Assembly: GCA_964016885.1 (NCBI GenBank) | Contig: OZ024744.1 | Coordinates: 121,830,001 to 121,894,000 of the forward strand | Direction of reading: 5' to 3' | Length of the DNA stretch: 64,000 bases | Origin: Eledone cirrhosa | Taxonomy: Eukaryota | Shown: one piece after another, positions 61,701 through 64,000 of the stretch | Numbering within the stretch: the first letter of the stretch is position 1 | Layout: every line of letters starts with the position of its first letter | The notes under the pieces: generated by a model | What the model saw: only the letters and a program-made list of their open reading frames with translations | Told to the model about the DNA's origin: nothing | Databases searched by the model: none | Position numbers and translations under genes: made by a program

Positions 61701-64000
61701 TCACACTATCTCTCTTCACAACATACATCACTACCTCTATTCCTCTCACCCAGTCACTTTCATACTTCCTCAACACATGACCCAACCATCTCACACTATC
61801 TCTCTTCACAACATCCATCACTACCTCTGTTCCTCTCACCCAGTCACTTTTATACTTTTTCAACACATGACCCAACCATCTCACACTATCTCTCTTCACA
61901 ACATCCATCACTACATCTATTCCTCTGACACTGTCACTTTCATACTTCCTCAACACATGACCCAACCATCTCACACTATCTCTCTTCACAACATCCATCA
62001 CTACCTCTATTCCTCTCACCCAGTCACTTTTATCCTTCCTCAACACATGACCCAACCATCTCACACTATCTCTCTTCACAACATCCATCACTACCTCTAT
62101 TCCTCTCAGCCAGTCACATTTATCTTTCCTCAACACATGACCCAACCATCTCACACTATCTCTCTTCACAACATACATCACTACCTCTATTCCTCTCACC
62201 CAGTCACTTTCATACTTCCTCAACACATGACCCAACCATCTCACACTATCTCTCTTCACAACATCCATCACTACCTCTGTTCCTCTCACCCAGTCACTTT
62301 TATCCTTCCTCAACACATGACCCAACAATCTCACACTATCTCTCTTCACAACATCCATCACTACCTCTATTCCTCTCACCCAGTCACTTTCATACTTCCT
62401 CAACACATGACCCAACCCTCTAACACTATCTCTCTTCACAACATCCATCACTACCTCTATTCCTCTCACACAGTCACATTCATACTGCCTCAACACATGA
62501 CCCAACCATCTCACACTATCTCTCTTCACAACATCCATCACTATTTCTATTCCTCTCACCTAGTCACTTTTATCCTTCCTCAACACATGACCCAACAATC
62601 TCACACTATCTCTCTTCACAACATCCATTATTACCTCTGTTCCTCTCACCCAGTCACTTTCATACTTCCTCAACACATGACCCAACCATCTCACACTATC
62701 TCTCTTCACAACATCCATCACTACCTCAATTTCTCTCACCCAGTCACTTTTATCCTTCCTCAACACATGACCCAACCATCTCACACTATCTCTCTTCACA
62801 ACATCCATCACTACCTCTATTCCTCTCACCCAGTCACTTTCACACTTCCTCAACACATGAGCCAACCATCTAACACTATCTCTCTTCACAACATCCATCA
62901 CTACCTCTATTCCTCTCACCCAGTCACTTTTATCCTTCCTCAACACATGACACAACCATGTCACACTATCTCTCTTCACAACATCCATCACTACCTCTAT
63001 TGCTCTTACCCAGTCACTTTCATACTTCCTGAACACATGACCCAACCATCTCACACTATCTCTCTTCACAACATCCATCACTACCTCTATTCCTCTCACC
63101 CAGTCACTTTTATCCTTCCTCAACACATGACCCAACCATCTCACACTATCTCTCTTCACAACATCCATCACTACCTCTATTCCTCTCAGCCAGTCACATT
63201 TATCTTTCCTCAACACATGACCCAACCATCTCACACTATCTCTCTTCACAACATACATCACTACCTCTATTCCTCTCACCCAGTCACTTTCATACTTCCT
63301 CAACACATGACCCAACCATCTCACACTATCTCTCTTCACAACATCCATCACTACCTCTGTTCCTCTCACCCAGTCACTTTTATCCTTCCTCAACACATGA
63401 CCCAACCATTCTCACACTATCTATCTTCACAACATCCATCACTACATCTAATCCTCTCACCCAGTCACTTTTATACTTTTTCAACACATGACCCAACCAT
63501 CTCACACTATCTCTCTTCACAACATCCATCACTACATCTATTCCTCTCACACTGTCACTTTCATACTTCCTCAACACATGACCCAACCATCTCACACTAT
63601 CTCTCTTCACAACATACATCACTACCTCTATTCCTCTCACCCAGTCAATTTTATCCTTCCTCAACACATGACCTAACCATCTCACACTATCTCTCTTCAC
63701 AACATCCATCACTACCTCCATTCCTCTCAGCCAGTCACTTTTATCCTTCCTCAACACATGAACCAACCATCTCACACTATCTCTCATCACAACAACCATC
63801 ACTACCTCTATTCCTCTCACCCAGTTACTTTTATCCTTCCTCAACACATGACCCAGCCATCTCACACTATCTCTCTTCACAACATCCATCATTACTTCTG
63901 TTCCTCTCATCCAGTCACTTTCATACTTCCTCAACACATGACCCAACCATCTCACACTATCTCTATTCACAACATCCATCACTACCTCTATTCCTCTCAC

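Larger units (their letters stand above)
1..64000. repeat. 90-bp satellite tandem array, ~710 head-to-tail monomers, extending beyond both window ends
   Basis: The motif CAACACATGACCCAACCATCTCACACTATC recurs every 90 bp (occasionally 89 or 91) across the window. Clean consensus copies lie at 521-610 (TTTCATACTT type) and 8631-8720 (TTTTATCCTT type). Most copies differ from consensus at only a few positions. No inversion or foreign insert was seen. Confidence 0.99.

Noticed and set aside
1-64000. CRISPR-like array (conserved part plus variable part)
   Set aside because: The variable part is the same sequence with 1-4 substitutions, not unique spacers. There is no leader, no cas genes and no palindromic repeat.
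1-64000. Intact or autonomous retrotransposon
   Set aside because: Only the 30-codon motif is present. There is no RT catalytic core, endonuclease, UTR, tail or target-site duplication in the window.
1-64000. Synthetic sequence or pure assembly artefact
   Set aside because: Hierarchically shared, ordered variants with copy-specific differences are what real concerted evolution produces. Local mis-assembly of individual HOR copies cannot be excluded without reads.
1-64000. Assignment to a named centromeric satellite or a host species
   Set aside because: I recognise no CENP-B box or known family. The sequence alone only suggests a eukaryote carrying RTE-type LINEs.

Overview
The whole 64-kb window is one uninterrupted head-to-tail tandem array of a 90-bp monomer (about 710 copies, all in one orientation, running off both window ends). 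I saw no unique sequence, gene, RNA gene or CRISPR spacer. Consensus (+): TGACCCAACCATCTCACACTATCTCTCTTCACAACATCCATCACTACCTCTATTCCTCTCACCCAGTCACTTT[T/C]AT[C/A]CTTCCTCAACACA. All ORFs in the track are by-products of the 90-bp (3x30) period. The main observation is that the one open minus-strand frame reads GIEVVMDVVKRDSVRWLGHVLRKDKSDWVR. I recognise this as resembling the conserved 'GI...i...R.RLRW(F/L)GHV.R....W' motif just C-terminal to the reverse transcriptase of RTE-clade LINEs, so the satellite appears to be an in-frame amplification of a 30-codon retrotransposon fragment (recognised from memory, not database-confirmed). Rare variants reveal nested higher-order duplications of 5, 10, 14, 15-17, 18, 31-33 and 39-41 monomers, an offset of ~9.8 kb and a ~49.6-kb super-period, plus regional subfamilies and compensated indel pairs.
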